A DNA stretch of 64,000 nt from Dicyema japonicum (Eukaryota; Animalia; Dicyemida), in NCBI GenBank assembly GCA_011109175.1, contig RDEW01000003.1:2057761-2121760 (forward strand), read 5' to 3'. Of this stretch, positions 48,866 through 61,962 are shown in pieces. How positions within the stretch are numbered: position 1 is the first letter of the stretch; each line of letters begins with the position of its first letter. Under the pieces are notes generated by a model that saw nothing but the letters and a program-made list of their open reading frames with translations, had not been told where the DNA came from and did not search any database. The position numbers and the translations under genes were made by a program.

Positions 48866-51800
48866 AAATAATGACTCCCTCTTCGCTGTCTTCTAGTAGT
48901 TGAGCGACATGTGAGTCTGTATTTGAGTCGTCTGACTCATTGAGAGACATATTCTTGAAGGTTATTACATAATCTTACAAATTCATCGTTTAGAGTAATT
49001 TTTGGACTACCCGGAGATTTTGCACGTGCTATAAGATGCTCAGTTTGGTAATTTACTATTTCTTCAACTTTCACGTTTGATTCTTTTCTTCCTTCAAATT
49101 CTTGGTTCTGACAAATTTCTATTCTTCTCTGGACATCCTTGATTGACCTCTTTCTTTCTCCAACATCTTCGCTCTGAGAATCTTTTATTCCTCCTTCAAT
49201 GTCCTCATTTGAGCTTTTTTCTTCTACAACTTCATTTTCTTGATAAATTGCTATATTTTCTTCAACATCATCAATTGATTTTTTTCTTTCATCAAAATCT
49301 TCGTTCTGATATGTTTTAGGTTGTTCTTCACCATTTCCGACTGATCCCTTTCTTTCCCCAACATCTTCGCTCTGAGGAATATCTACTTTCCCTTTAACGT
49401 TCCCATTTGAGTTTTTTCTTTCTACGACATGGATACTTTGTTTGATTTTCTTTTACATCGTCAGCTGAGTTTTTTCTTTCATCAAATCTTTGTTCTGATG
49501 TGTTTTATGTCGATCTTCTTCATTTCCAAGTGATCCCTTTCTTTCTTCGACATTATCTTTTAGATAACTTTTTTTACTTTCTTCGATATCTTCGCTCTGA
49601 GGAATTCCTAATTTCCATTCAACGTCCTCATTTGAGCTATTTCTTCTCCGACGTTTTCGCTTGATACTTTGTTTGACTTTCTTCAACGTCATTGATGGAT
49701 CTTTTTCTTCATCAAAATCTTTCGTTCTGATAACTTTTGATGTTGTTCTTCAGTATTCCGACTGATCCCTTTCTTTTACCGACATTTCGCTCTGAGGAAT
49801 TCCTAATTTCCCTTCAACGTCCTCATTTGAGCTATTTCTTCTCCGACGTTTTCTCTTTGATTCATTGTTTGACTTTCTTCAACGTCATTGATGGATCTTT
49901 TTCTTTCATCAAAATCTTCGTTCTGATAACTTTGATGTTGTTCTTCAGCATTTCCGACTGATCCCTTTCTTTTACCGACATCTTCGCTCTGAGGAATTCC
50001 TAATTTCCATTCAACGTCCTCATTTGAGCTATTTCCTTCTCCGACGTTTTCGCTTTGATACTTTGTTTGACTTCTTCAACGTCATTGATGGATCTTTTTC
50101 TTTCATCAAAATCTTCGTTCTGATAACTTTGATGTTCTTCAGCATTTCCGACTGATCCCTTTCTTTCTCCGACATCTTCCTTTCGATAACTTCCTCTACT
50201 TTCTTCAATCTTGTCGTTCTGAGAATGTATTAGCTGTTCTTCAACATCCTCCTTTGATTCTTTTATTTCTCCGACCTCCTTGTTTTGGTAATTTCCCTTA
50301 CTTTCTACAATCTCCTTATTTTCCATGTCTTTTATTAGCGATTCTTTATGATTTTCCCTGTTTCCGGCAAAATCCTCATTTTTTGTTTTTTCTATTTCCA
50401 TCAACATTAGTGAGTCTTCCTTCTTTACTATATTTTCAGGGATTAGCTGTCCCGGCGTGTTTTCTCTATAATCTTCACTTTCATGTTCCGCCAAACATTC
50501 TCCATTTCCTAAATTTTCATCTGTGCCTGGTTTTTCTAAACAACTTTTTATTTCCTTTTCCGAATTTCTCACATTCATCAAATTTGAGTATTTTCTGGAA
50601 TATTCTCCTTCATCTCATATTAACAAACTCAAACCTAACTCGAATGAACGACCACGTTGCAGGGTTCCTATATTTGTATTTCCCACTTTATCCGTTTTGC
50701 ATTCCAGAGTCACTAAAATTACAAAATTACTCAACCTGGGACGGCAAATTCATATGTGTTTCTTTTACTTCAACACGTGTCACGCCAATCGGTGGTTCTG
50801 ACTCTCTATGAACCTCATCAGAGTCTTTGTGTGTGTCCGCTTTCCAATCCGACCCCCCTCGCTGAGGTTCGCTGTTTGTCTGTACCTCAGTTACATTTTC
50901 TAGTTCAATTTCATCGTTCTGAAGTGAAAACCAAGTCCTTTACTTTGAAATCCATAAAGCTTGACTGTGAGAGCTTTCTGACAGTATGAGTATCAACACT
51001 CGTATCGGTATTAGATTGGCGGTTATCCAGCTCTTTTATTGGGGATCTTTGCTTAGTTTACCTTTGACTTGATCCGTCCAAGTTTGTTCTAAAATAATTA
51101 TCCCCAATTACTTTGTGCCTGAGAGATACTTTGAGACTAAAATATAAGTAAAATATATACACGTGCACTTTTTATTTTCCCGTATGGAAAAGCTGTCTTA
51201 TTTCTGACTGATCTTAAATCTGAAATTTTTCGACTTTCGTTTTGCGGTGGAAGTTCCTAGAGAAGATTATTTCGTGAATATTACCATCTTGTAACGTGTT
51301 CGTTCCAGTTTCGAGGTTGAACTTGTCCTTCTCTCTTTCGATTTCTTCTAAAACTGATAATAGTCCAGTACGAGTAATTTTGGATATCCCTTGGGAGTCA
51401 AAATTTCCAAGTCAGCTGTTTGTGATTACATTACATACATTTGTTCGAGTCTGACCGTTTTGTGGCTCCAAGCTTTGCTCGGCTGAGCCATCCAAACTGC
51501 TTTCCAGAATCCTTGATCTCATTTGAGCTGCTTTCCAATTCAGACTTCTCCTTAAAAATCTTAAATACTTTTTGGCTTGGAAAATCGGCCGGGGGATTCG
51601 CTTAACTAACGAAAAGGCATACCTCGGGTCTGAGTGTCTTCAGGAATTGGGGATGTGTTGTCTTCCTGCAATCAAAATAAAGATCGACCATCTTTAACTT
51701 AGTTTCCTGAACGGACGGAGACACTGATTTAGATTTCAAATCCTGGGACTGGGTTTCTTGAAGTAAATGGACTTTGAACCTGGTTTTTTGTGATTGTTGG

Positions 51801-52955
51801 TAAGAATAGTGATAAACTCCATTTTGTCCGAGTCCTCGTGTAAAGATTGATTGTCCAATTCCTAATCTGTGACTTAATATGGTCAACAAGGTCATTGATT
51901 GAATTGGCCATGACAAATGATGTCTGTGAAGACGTCTCACTGCTTTTGGAGGACAAATTTTTGGAGGCAAAAAGTAAAAAGCGAGTCTTACCCAATTGAG
52001 TAGTGCCTTCACAAGCAAATACCCTGAAAAACTTCTTTGTACCCTTAATTTTGTCGGAATATCTGCACGAGAAGGATTCCGCTTGGTTTTTCAGTTTTAT
52101 CTGACAACTATCATATTTTTAGAAAACTCACGAAAGGCATGGAAGACCATCATTTATGGATATGATCTTGAATATTCTTCCTCCAATGAATGTCCCGGCT
52201 TGTATTTGTGTTCACAGCAACCACTCAGCCGACAGACCACAATTTGGTCAATTTCTATCGTTATTCCCAAGGGATATTGAAAGTTACGCCGGGAACGGAA
52301 AGTAAAAACCTCTGAAAATTAAAATCCTGATTTATACGGCCTGGAGTGACCCAGTCTTTGTATATTGGGAGAGTATTTCCACCACAGTGCTGCTGGTATA
52401 TCGAAATGAACTGACTCCTGTTCATGCTGTTTGCGGATTTCTTCTCCTTCCCAAAATATTGAAATTTTAGTTCACAAAAGGACTGGCTCTTTGCCCACGT
52501 GTTCGGAATACTCGTGACAGAATTTACTTTGGGATCGAATGACCTATTCTTAGTTTTCGATTGTATTTTTTTGTCGAAAGACTTGTTAACGGAAAATAGG
52601 GTTCTAATAAGCGTCTGGTGTTTAATGTGGGGGAGGTATCTGTCCTGGTCAATGCTGCTTCTCTTTTATAAGGTAAACGAAACCAAACCATTTGAATGAG
52701 ATCCTTTGTATCGAAGGAAACCCCATAATTGACCAATTCGTCCGAGCTGTTGCGTTTAAGTTTGTATCCATGACAGTTTGAGGTCCTCTTTTGGAGGATG
52801 ATCTTGCCGTGTTTTGTGATCTTGGAATAATTACAAGAGTACAAATCCTGCCCTGCGAAGATTCTCCCTAACGATAGGACTAGAGAAATAGTCGGATAGA
52901 TGGGGTCGTATAAACTGTTGTAATTTCTAAATATTAAATGCATTACTAACTTCAT
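48866..52955 (-). CDS. Large unidentified gene with E/K/S-rich repeat region; boundaries uncertain
   Basis: Long minus-strand ORFs (52524-52955, 51602-52018, 50000-50581) and acidic/basic repeats; frame breaks coincide with homopolymers. Confidence 0.45.
49140..50200. repeat. Coding tandem repeat, ~195-bp (~65-aa) unit, 5-6 copies
   Basis: ACATCTTCGCTCTGAG-like anchors at 49163, 49361, 49586, 49782, 49978 and 50172. Confidence 0.85.
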
Positions 52956-53557
52956 GAGTCTAAATTACGTTTCGAAGCAACCAAATTTATTCACGAAACA
53001 ACTCAACTAAAAACAATTTAAAGTGCGATGACGAAGGTTTATTTTTATTCCAAGTGTATTCCCTCAACTCACATGGTGTCCGAAGATCTCTTGGAGTGCT
53101 ATATAAAGATTGTGACTTACCTTGTTACTTTTTTGTTAGCCGTCAATTTCCTTCACCTGAAGCGAATCAGGGTAAATAAAAATCGTTTTAAAGAATGAAG
53201 TAGTCCACCATTACCAATTTTAATAAATTTGGGGAAGGATGTGAATGAATGAGATTATCTTAAATAAAAACTATTTTTAGGATAATTAATTTTACCGAAT
53301 TAGCTTGTCCCTAGTAATTGACCTTGAGTCTAAAGATTACATCAATTATTGATCACCTTCTGTTTTAATAATGAGTTATTTGGACGTTCATTTCCGCCAT
53401 AATAGCTGTAATTGATTGGTTGAGAAAAGCACGATTTTCTGATCGACTGGTTCGATTTACTGCCATGGGTTCTTAAATGCTGCCAATGGGATTCTTTTTG
53501 CGGCCCATAAACACTTTTGTTATTATTATTTTTAAATTAATAAAATAATTAAATTTA

Positions 53558-54398
53558 ATGAGTCATTTGACGAAGCTTGTCGGAAATGGAACGGGTCCGG
53601 ACTCAAAATCCCAGAAGACACAACGAAGCAAAGAAATTGGGATGACATTGTCTGCTCCAAAATTTTGGAAGACCTTAAGAAAGAAGCAAATCAACATCGC
53701 CTGGCTTGTTTGGTGTCAGCTTCAAGTCGAGGAGTGGAGCATGGCTTGGTGCAATACCTTGCCCAAACCTCGGGACCTTTTTGGACGACGATTCTTTGAG
53801 GATTGGAATCGGACAAAGGCTGGGACTAGACGTTTGCCAGGAGCACCGATGCCGATGCGGGAAAACAGTCGATGCGAAAGGATTGCACCCGCTGTCCTGC
53901 AGAAGAAGCGCCGGAAGGGGACCACGTCATGCCGCTCTGAATGATGTGATCGTCAGAGCTCTGAAGGCTTCAGGCTTCCCAGCACAGCTTGAACCAGTGG
54001 GTCTTGATCGAGGAGATGGGAAGAGACCTGACGGGATGACCCTTTTCCCCTTCACGTCTGGAAGATCTTTGGTCTGGGACGCAACTTGCATAGACACGTT
54101 CTCAAGCACGAACATTTTTAAATCTGTTCAGACACCTGGAGCAGCTGCTTCGACCGCGGAAAACCTAAAAATCAAGAAATATTCTTGCCTCGGGGATCGC
54201 TACCGATTTACTCCTGTTGCGACCGAATCATCGGGAGCCGTTGGTCCAATGACGGCTGAATTCTTGCAAGAACTCGGAGGATTGCTTGCCAGAAAGAAAA
54301 GGGATCAACGAGAAGGGTTATGGCTAAGACAAAAGATTGGAATAGCCATACTCCGAGGGAACTCGTTCGCAATCCACGCAGCAGGCTTCCTCAACTGA
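53558..54398 (+). mobile_element. CRE-clade retrotransposon, longest copy (post-RT region, CCHC, RLE), 5'-truncated
   Basis: QRNWDDIVC..SGAWLGAIP..LRIGIGQRLG..CRCGKTVDAKGLHPLSC..RHAALNDVI..KRPDGMT..VWDATC..ILRGNS. Confidence 0.85.
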
Positions 54399-54889
54399 CA
54401 TTTGTTTAATTGTTAAAAAAAAATTTTAAAGAAAAAAAAAATTTAATTTAATTTAATTCAAATTATTACTTTTTGCCTTCTCGCTGGACGCAACGTCTGA
54501 TGACATCGGACCTGACACCCGTTGGTTCCGAATCTGAAGGATGGATTTGTTATTGAAGGTCAATTCTCGTCAAACAGTGATTCACCCGTGAGGCGACGAG
54601 AACTTTTGGCACGACGCAGTTGTTGAAATTGATCTTCCTACCATCTCCTTGGCCAAATCCACTAGTGAAAATTACCATTATCAAAACTCTTCCACCGAAG
54701 AATGAAGTCGGAGACGGTAGTAAGAAAGTGGACTATTGGAGGATGGATTTCCTTGGAAGAAGAGTGATGTCCACTGAAATTTTGATTATCGAAAAAAAAT
54801 TACTACTCAGCAATGATTCTGTGACTAGCAAAATGGAATTTTTATAATTATTTTTATTAAAATAAGATAAAAACAATCATCTGAGGATC

Positions 54890-55050
54890 ATTTAGCGGCT
54901 GCCCTTACTGCGTGGCGTTTCCCTCTCAGGATGGTCAGCAAGGTTCGCTCAAATATCCAATATTTCTCACGAAGATCTCCTGTTCGTTTTAAATCCGATT
55001 CCTTAAACGACTCAGGAATTCCAACGTCGCAGGTATAAAGTAACCATGCG
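54890..55050 (-). mobile_element. CRE-like extreme 3' fragment
   Basis: RTGDLREKYWIFERTLLTILRG..HAVRAAAK. Confidence 0.65.
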
Positions 55051-55639
55051 TAGAATTAATATCAGAAAATAGTCTAAATTACCTCAATAGAAAATAGGAA
55101 AATCACCTCAGCGACTTATTAGGAATTTCATCCCTTTGAAGCCCCTGGATAAATTATCGATTTGCCCCTTGGTCACAAAATCGTGAGAACCCTTGATCTG
55201 TATTGTAGATTACTAAATTTGAGTGCTTTGTATTGATTTTTTATTCGAAGGAAATTCTCTACACGTGATTCTAAGAGAGGTAAAATAGACTTTCTTGTTA
55301 TCAATGCAATATTAAGGGCCAAGAGGGATCTTTCCTCTGGCTAATATAGGTCGAAAATCAATTATTTAAATTGAAATATTTTTTTTCAAAATTGGGGTTC
55401 GGGAGAAGAGGGTCCTGAGTTAGAAGAGGTCGGGAACCGAGTTTTTCAAAGTTAAATATAAATAGCATTTTTAAATCAAGTCAGGATTAGTAACCTGCTA
55501 GCTGCATAAAGTTGACACACTTCCCAAGGTTCTTCTTGTACTGAATTATGACAAAACACTTGGAAATAGCCTCCTCTTAACACGTCACTATTTTAAACGA
55601 CTGTATCATACTGAGATCGTCTTTTGAGAAAATTGTGAT

Positions 55640-55815
55640 GTTAGCCGCGTGGCGCCATGTGGTGCTTCGTGGCTAATTGGCTGAAGTTTCTGTTTGTTCG
55701 TCTGTTCCTCCTCTCGCTTCCTATTAGAATGGCGTCATGTGATCCACTGTCAGTGTCAGGCCTGCACGAAAAAAGATCATTTGCTCTCCCCCACTCCAGT
55801 GGAGGGGTTTCCACA
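55640..55815 (+). repeat. Interspersed repeat family B (copy 2)
   Basis: Matches 37030-37230. Confidence 0.7.
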
Positions 55816-56106
55816 ACGACTGTGTCAAAAATAGATTAGTTAAGTGAATAGTATTGGCTTTAAAATCAATTCTATAATAATCATTAAAATTAAGAAAATC
55901 CTGAAAAATATTAAAAAAACTAATATTTAAAAATTTATAATTCGTGATAACGCGATGGCTCTTCCAACATTGATTGCTCAATGCCCGCAGGCCACAATGG
56001 AGACCTTGTCATAACAACTAACTTTTGTTTTTTTTTATAATAAACAATAAATAATTGTGATAAATAAATATTTAATTGTTTGGTGAATATTAAATCTTCA
56101 TTTATT

Positions 56107-58817
56107 ATGAGCGATAGAAAGCGTAGTGTGTTTCTATCAAATATAATTAACAACAAAAAAGAACAAGTAATAGGAATTCTGACCAGTGGAGGAGACTCTC
56201 AAGGTTGGCTTGATTATTCACTCAAGGAATGAATTCTGCCATTCGGGCGGTTGTCCGAACTGGAATATATTCGGGATGTCGAGTCTTCTTTATTAAAGAG
56301 GTTACTCTTAACTGGTTTAATGAAGGGTTATATGGGTCTCATCGAAGGAGGTTCTCATATAGAAGAAGCCACGTGGGAATCTGTCAGTAACATTATCAAT
56401 CAGGTAGACGTGAGATGTAATGCAGGGTGGAACAATAATTGGGTCTAGCAGATGTCCTGAAATGAGGACTTATGAAGGAAGGAGAAAGGCTGTGAAGAAC
56501 CTTATCCTCCATAATATAACCAATATTGTGTGTATTGGTGGAGATGGCTCACTCACGGGTCTTGACTTTCTAAGGAAAGAGTGGAAATCACATCTGAGTG
56601 ATCTACTAAAATCGGGGGAAATTACAGTACAGCAGCAGTCATCTCTCAATATTGTCGGAATCGTTGGATCGATTGACAATGATTTCTGTGGCACTGACAT
56701 GACCATTGGAGCGGATTCAGCTCTACACAGAATAATGGAGGCTGTGGATGCGATTAGCACGACTGCAAGCAGGTTTGTTTGTTTTGTCTATAAAGTCATC
56801 AACGATGCTTTGTCCTCGAGTTGATGGGAGGAATTGTGGGTATTTGACCTTACTGGGGCGATGATGTGCGAAGTGGACTATGCCTTCATTCCGGAAATTG
56901 ATCTTCCTAAGGAATGGGATAAGGATCTGATTAAGAATCTCTCAAGTGTATGGTTTTCTGTTTATTCAGTCTCGTGATATTGGTAAGAGGTTGAGCATCG
57001 TGCTCGTCTGTGAGGACAGAAGGACAGTGTGACCACGGATGACATTATCAGAGTTTGTTGGACTGTACTATAATAGGTCATAAAGGATAACATGAATATT
57101 GATTGTCGTAAGACTGTACTTGGTCACTTACAGAGGGGTGGGGATGCCTCTGTCTTCGATAGGATATTGGTTTGTGCTTCAAGCTGATCCTCAGGGAATC
57201 CGAATGGGAGCCGAGGCTGTGAATGTTCTGTTAGAAGATAATGAGGACAAACCGGCCTGTGTTATAGCTATCTCTAAAAATAATATAATCAGAGCGGACT
57301 TACAGGAGTGTGTGGAGAAAGTGAGAGTTTCCTTTATCTCAGACACGGAAAATATCCGAGGCCATGTCTAGGAATGACATTAATGAGGTAGTCAAGCTTA
57401 GAGGGTCCTCATTTGCCAGGAGCATTGAAATGTTCCGCTTTTTCAGACAAAGTGTACCCGTTATAATGGAAGACAAGGTTTGATTAGCTTCTAAGTCACC
57501 AGCATGAGTTCTCTGTGGCCATTGTTAACATTGGAGCCCCGGCATGTGGATCGAATGCAGCTGCGAGGGCTTTTTCCAGATCAGCCCTTGCAAGGGTTTT
57601 ACTGTTCTGGGAGTTAATAACGGACTGAAGGGATTCGTCAAGGGAAATGTGTAAGTTTGACTTTACCCTTCAAAGATTGTGAAAATGGATTGGTCCATGA
57701 CTATTGGGTGGACTGGCATGGGTGGAACGGTTTTGGGGACCTCTCGGTTGTTGGATATCGTTACTCTTTAGGGATGTCCCCAAGGACATCGGTTTCTCTG
57801 TTTTGGCGGAATCCTTTAGGAAGAATCGAGTGAAGGCGCTTTTAGTGATTGGAGGATTTGAGGTAGTTTGTTGGTTTATTGGTGAGGGATTCATCTCAGT
57901 GAAATCGCTGTGCGATATGAGAAGTGAATACCCCGAGTTTGCCATCCCACTCATCCTCATTCCCTCCACAATCAGCAATAATGTCCCCGGAAGTGACTTC
58001 TCCCTGGGATGTGACACTGCACTTACTGAATTGGTGTCTGTAATATTTTTTTATTACCAAACTGGCTTGTGATAAGCTGAAACTGTCGTCTTCTGCCACA
58101 CGTCGTCGTGTGTTTGTGGTGGGGACAATGGGAGCTCACTGTGGGTACCTATCAACCGTCGGAGCACTCGCCTCGGGGGCTGATGCTGCCTACATATTCG
58201 AAGAACCGTTCAAAGCACGTGACATCCTTGTAATCTCCAGTTCTGTAATTTAAGTACGATGCTCAATGCATGCGGGAAAAAATGTCAACCTCCATTGCAC
58301 GTGGACTGATTTTGATGTTTTCGTTGCTCATTAATGTTAATAGGACTGAGGACTACGATACCATCCTCGATATTAATGTAGTGACACGTCTATTCGGGTC
58401 TGAAGGTGAAGGAGTGTATGATTGTCGATGTAACGTGATTGGGCATCTCCAGCAGGTCTCTTATTGGGGTCACATTAGGGGTCCAAACCAACTCCGTTCG
58501 ACAGAATTCATGGAACAAAGTTCGGTATGGCGGCCTTCAATTACGTGAATGAACTTTTATTCCCCTTCATATCAAAAGGAGGTACTTGTGTTCTTTAATG
58601 GTGAGGGGAGGTATCCATATCTACTGATGAGTCGGCTGTGGTGATGGGAATCATAGGGAGTGGAATCAAGTTCACTTCCATTGCTGAACTGACCTCGAAT
58701 GTGGACTTTAAGTATCATATTAGCTGACAACCAAGGAATCGAATCGCCCGTACCAGGTGGTGGAGTGATTTGTACCACCTTGTTAGGATACTATCGAACA
58801 AGGAACATAATTATTAA
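56107..58817 (+). CDS. PFK: ATP-dependent 6-phosphofructokinase (eukaryotic two-domain type)
   Basis: ILTSGGDSQ|[67 protein letters not shown]|[28 protein letters not shown]-terminal [12 protein letters not shown] at 56107, TAA at 58815-58817. Confidence 0.95.
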
Positions 58818-58891
58818 CACTCTCTTTACTAATATTATCGAATGGTTTGTTTGTGACACATTTCTTAAATCTGTGGCATCTGCTGTATTTA

Positions 58892-60479
58892 ATGTCATTT
58901 TTCGATTATTTTGTGATGTTTTTGTTAATTTTATTGGTTTTCGCTGCAGCAATAGGCAAAGTTATAGTTGGCGTTATTCTAGAAAGTAGGGGAGGTTGAG
59001 ATCTTGTACATTGAGTTGTTGGCTGTTGTTAGTCGCTCTCAGGTGGGAGGTGCCTTGATTGTAGATTGAAGAGATGGGGACCCTGTATATGGTGGAGGAC
59101 AACATTCAGTGGATAGTTAACTCTGTGGCCACAGTTTGATGCTGATAAATCATTGAAGCTGTACAAAAAATACAATATTATTATCGCACTGAACGACCTT
59201 AAATCTTTGGATGATATTAAGGAGTACGCCACTGACATCCTGAGGTCACGTGCTCATGAGAATGGTCAACCAAAGAAAGAAAATAGCTTTGATATTGTGG
59301 TCTTTTTTTCGTAATGTTAATTTCTGACCTTAGGCACAAGTACAATGACGACACTACAGGACAGGCGTTTAAGGATAGCACGTGTGAGGCCAACAGTGTC
59401 ATGTCAATCAACCAAATGTCCACCAAGGTACATTCAAATGCCGAAAATAGAAAAACTACGAATACTTTGATGTGATAGCACTAGCACATGAAATTGGGCA
59501 CAGCTTGGGGTTACCTCACACCAGGGAAGGATGCTCATGTAACCCCCATAACTGTATAATGGACACGAAAATAAAGTTAAATTAACTGTATTCTCCCAGA
59601 ACTAATGATGTCCGGTGGTCAGTCTGTTCTTCAATGTATCTCAACCATCTCCCTTACAAACGAAAGCGTTGTCTTTCGAACTTCCCCAAAATCAGCCAAA
59701 GCCTGTGTGGAAACTATGTGGTCGATGAGGGGGAGGACTGCGACTGTGGACTAGTACAGGTTATTTTATACATTGAAATAAGAATTGTAATAATCCATGT
59801 TGTAACCCCTTAACCTGCAAATTAAAACAGAATATAACGTGTGGCTCAGGAGCTTGTTGTGACCTAACCACGTGTCAGGTCTCTAGTTTTATAGTAGCCC
59901 AGATCATGTCAAATTCCTCCATTTGTCGCCGCAAGCAGAACGAGTGTGATGTTGTAGAGTACTGTGATGGACGAAGTAACACGTGTCCACCCGATAAGAG
60001 TAAACTATTGGGAACTCCATGCAGCTACGGTGTACGGAGATGTTTTGATCTTGCAGGGACTTTGTTATAAAGGTCAGTGCATTCGGAGGAGACAGCAATG
60101 TGTGAGGTTGTTCAACAGAAAGGCGAAGTCTGGAAAACGGAGAGACTTTATATTTTTCAATACAAGGGGCGATATGTGCGGGAATTGTGGTCACCAAAAT
60201 ACCATAAAAACCTGTTTAAGGGGGTAAAATACTATTTTTAGCGCAGAGATGAGCTTTGTGGAAAACTGGTGTGCCAAACGAGCAGTATAGTGAGTATTCT
60301 ACCGACAAAGGCATGTTGTATTAAGGACAAGTGTACAATGCAAGGAAATATTCCAATGACGTATGTTCAGGATGGAACTCGATGTGGAGATAAATCTGTA
60401 TGTATTTGACGTCATTTGTCAGATGTGTGTTGATGGTAAATGTAGGGATATCCATACCTTGAGGAAAGACTCCTTGTAA
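58892..60479 (+). CDS. ADAM/reprolysin metalloprotease with disintegrin and Cys-rich domains
   Basis: Signal peptide, YIELLAVV, HEIGHSLGLPH at 59487-59519, CIM Met-turn, CGNYVVDEGEDCDCG, CCNPLTC, ECDVVEYCDG, GLCYKGQC, DGTRCG, CVDGKC, then stop. Confidence 0.85.
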
Positions 60480-60609
60480 GACAATTAATATTTTTACAAT
60501 CTTAATATTTCTGTAGTCAATTTTAATTGTCTCTGTGCACGAGATTCCATAACTAGGGGACCTATTTTTGATAGTGAGGTTAAGAACAATGTCCCCAAGT
60601 TAGATATTC

Positions 60610-60880
60610 TGCACTTTACGCAGAGCCATATTAGCCATCGCTCTCCCAAGCAGGACACACACTTTAAGTCAAGAATAGTTATCATAACTAATCGATGAGG
60701 GAGAACCAAGGAATGTTCATAATTTTTTTATTTTTGTTGGGTGTGAGTCCTTTTGTAGACAATCCGGTTCCGCAGTGAGATGTTCACCAATGATGGAATC
60801 ACTCGTCATGCCAAAGCATCGTAGATGCGTGGAACCTTCAGCCGGAATTTATAGCAGGGGGATTCGAACTAGGGGTCATC
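60610..60880 (-). repeat. SINE-like family A, most complete copy
   Basis: Begins CCCCTAGTTCGAATCCCCC (B-box-like); body shared with 9805-9975 and 26880-28150. Confidence 0.75.
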
Positions 60881-61962
60881 AGGTCTATATATTCTCTAGG
60901 TGAAAATGATGTTTTTCGCGACAATCATGGTCAGAGACCATATAGGTTTGGTCTTTGAGTTACAAGAGGTTGAAAATGGAGGATAAAACCATTGTAGCGT
61001 TCTGCCAGTGATTCAGTATAAAATGATCTAGGTCCCCCATCAGTTCAGTTCCATCAGTGACTACAAGTTGAAAGATTGACATCTGGAAAAGTCCCCTGCA
61101 CTAGCATACCGGCTGTAAGAGAAGCAAACTAGGCTACTAGTCCTATTAGTTAGTTAAACTGAGCTGTTGGAGGAGCAAGAAATAAGTGAAGGTAACTACG
61201 GGTATCGACAGAGCTTTCAATTAACTTAAAGTTTCCCCCTTGACCCCACACAAGCTCGTGATGGGCGGAGAACTGCATGTTGTAGCGAGGTAGCGAATCG
61301 GTGTAAAGTCCATGTTATTCCTTAATTAAAGACCTGAGCTGAATTGTTGCTAAATTTCCTGAGAGGTACTTGAGACAGTTGGAAGTGAGTAGAAATATCC
61401 ACGCTTACAAACAAGTGTGCTCAAAAGAACCCCCAAAAGTGTGAAGAGGATGACGGACAAGTCCTCTTGTGGAACTCACTCTTCGTATTAACCGCTGGTC
61501 GCTCACAGTAAATTAAATGTTACCATGGTAGCCAATTAGTGAAAATTAAATCTCTAAAAATGTCGTTATTCGCACAGAAATATGCTCAACAAAGAACATT
61601 ATTTTCAATCGACAAATGAGTACTTTGTCAATCAATGATTTTATTCGCTGTTATCTAAGGAATTTATTTTGTGACCTAGGAAGGAATCAATTTTGGAAGC
61701 TATGTTATAAGGTAGTTTTAGTACCTTGTAAGCCAACTCTGCCAACCACGTGGAAATGACTCCATTACTAAAGCCGAGTTGAACAACCTTAGATTATCGC
61801 AGTAAGTTAGAAATAGCAAGGATAGATCCGTAATAGAGTTAGATACACATGAAGAAATCAAGTCACCTCTCCCAACATGACTGAAGAAGAAACGACTACC
61901 AAAACTCCTTTAAAGCAAGAAACCATTTAAAATAAAGCATACTATAAGAATATCAAATTTGT

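Noticed and set aside
49140-50200. CRISPR-like array
   Set aside because: Eukaryotic context; units are ~195 bp imperfect coding repeats without unique spacers, and there are no cas genes.
50254-50811. 185-aa hydrophobic plus-strand ORF as a membrane protein
   Set aside because: Antisense of the E/K-rich minus-strand coding region; the F/L/S bias is the expected mirror.
53558-53944. Independent 128-aa gene starting at ATG 53558
   Set aside because: Overlaps the CRE-like element in another frame; the CRE-type reading (QRNWDDIVC...SGAWL) explains the sequence.
60890-61560. Continuation of the ADAM gene after the SINE
   Set aside because: No EGF-like or TM-encoding frame found on the plus strand; the exon-like signal there looks minus-strand and is unidentifiable.
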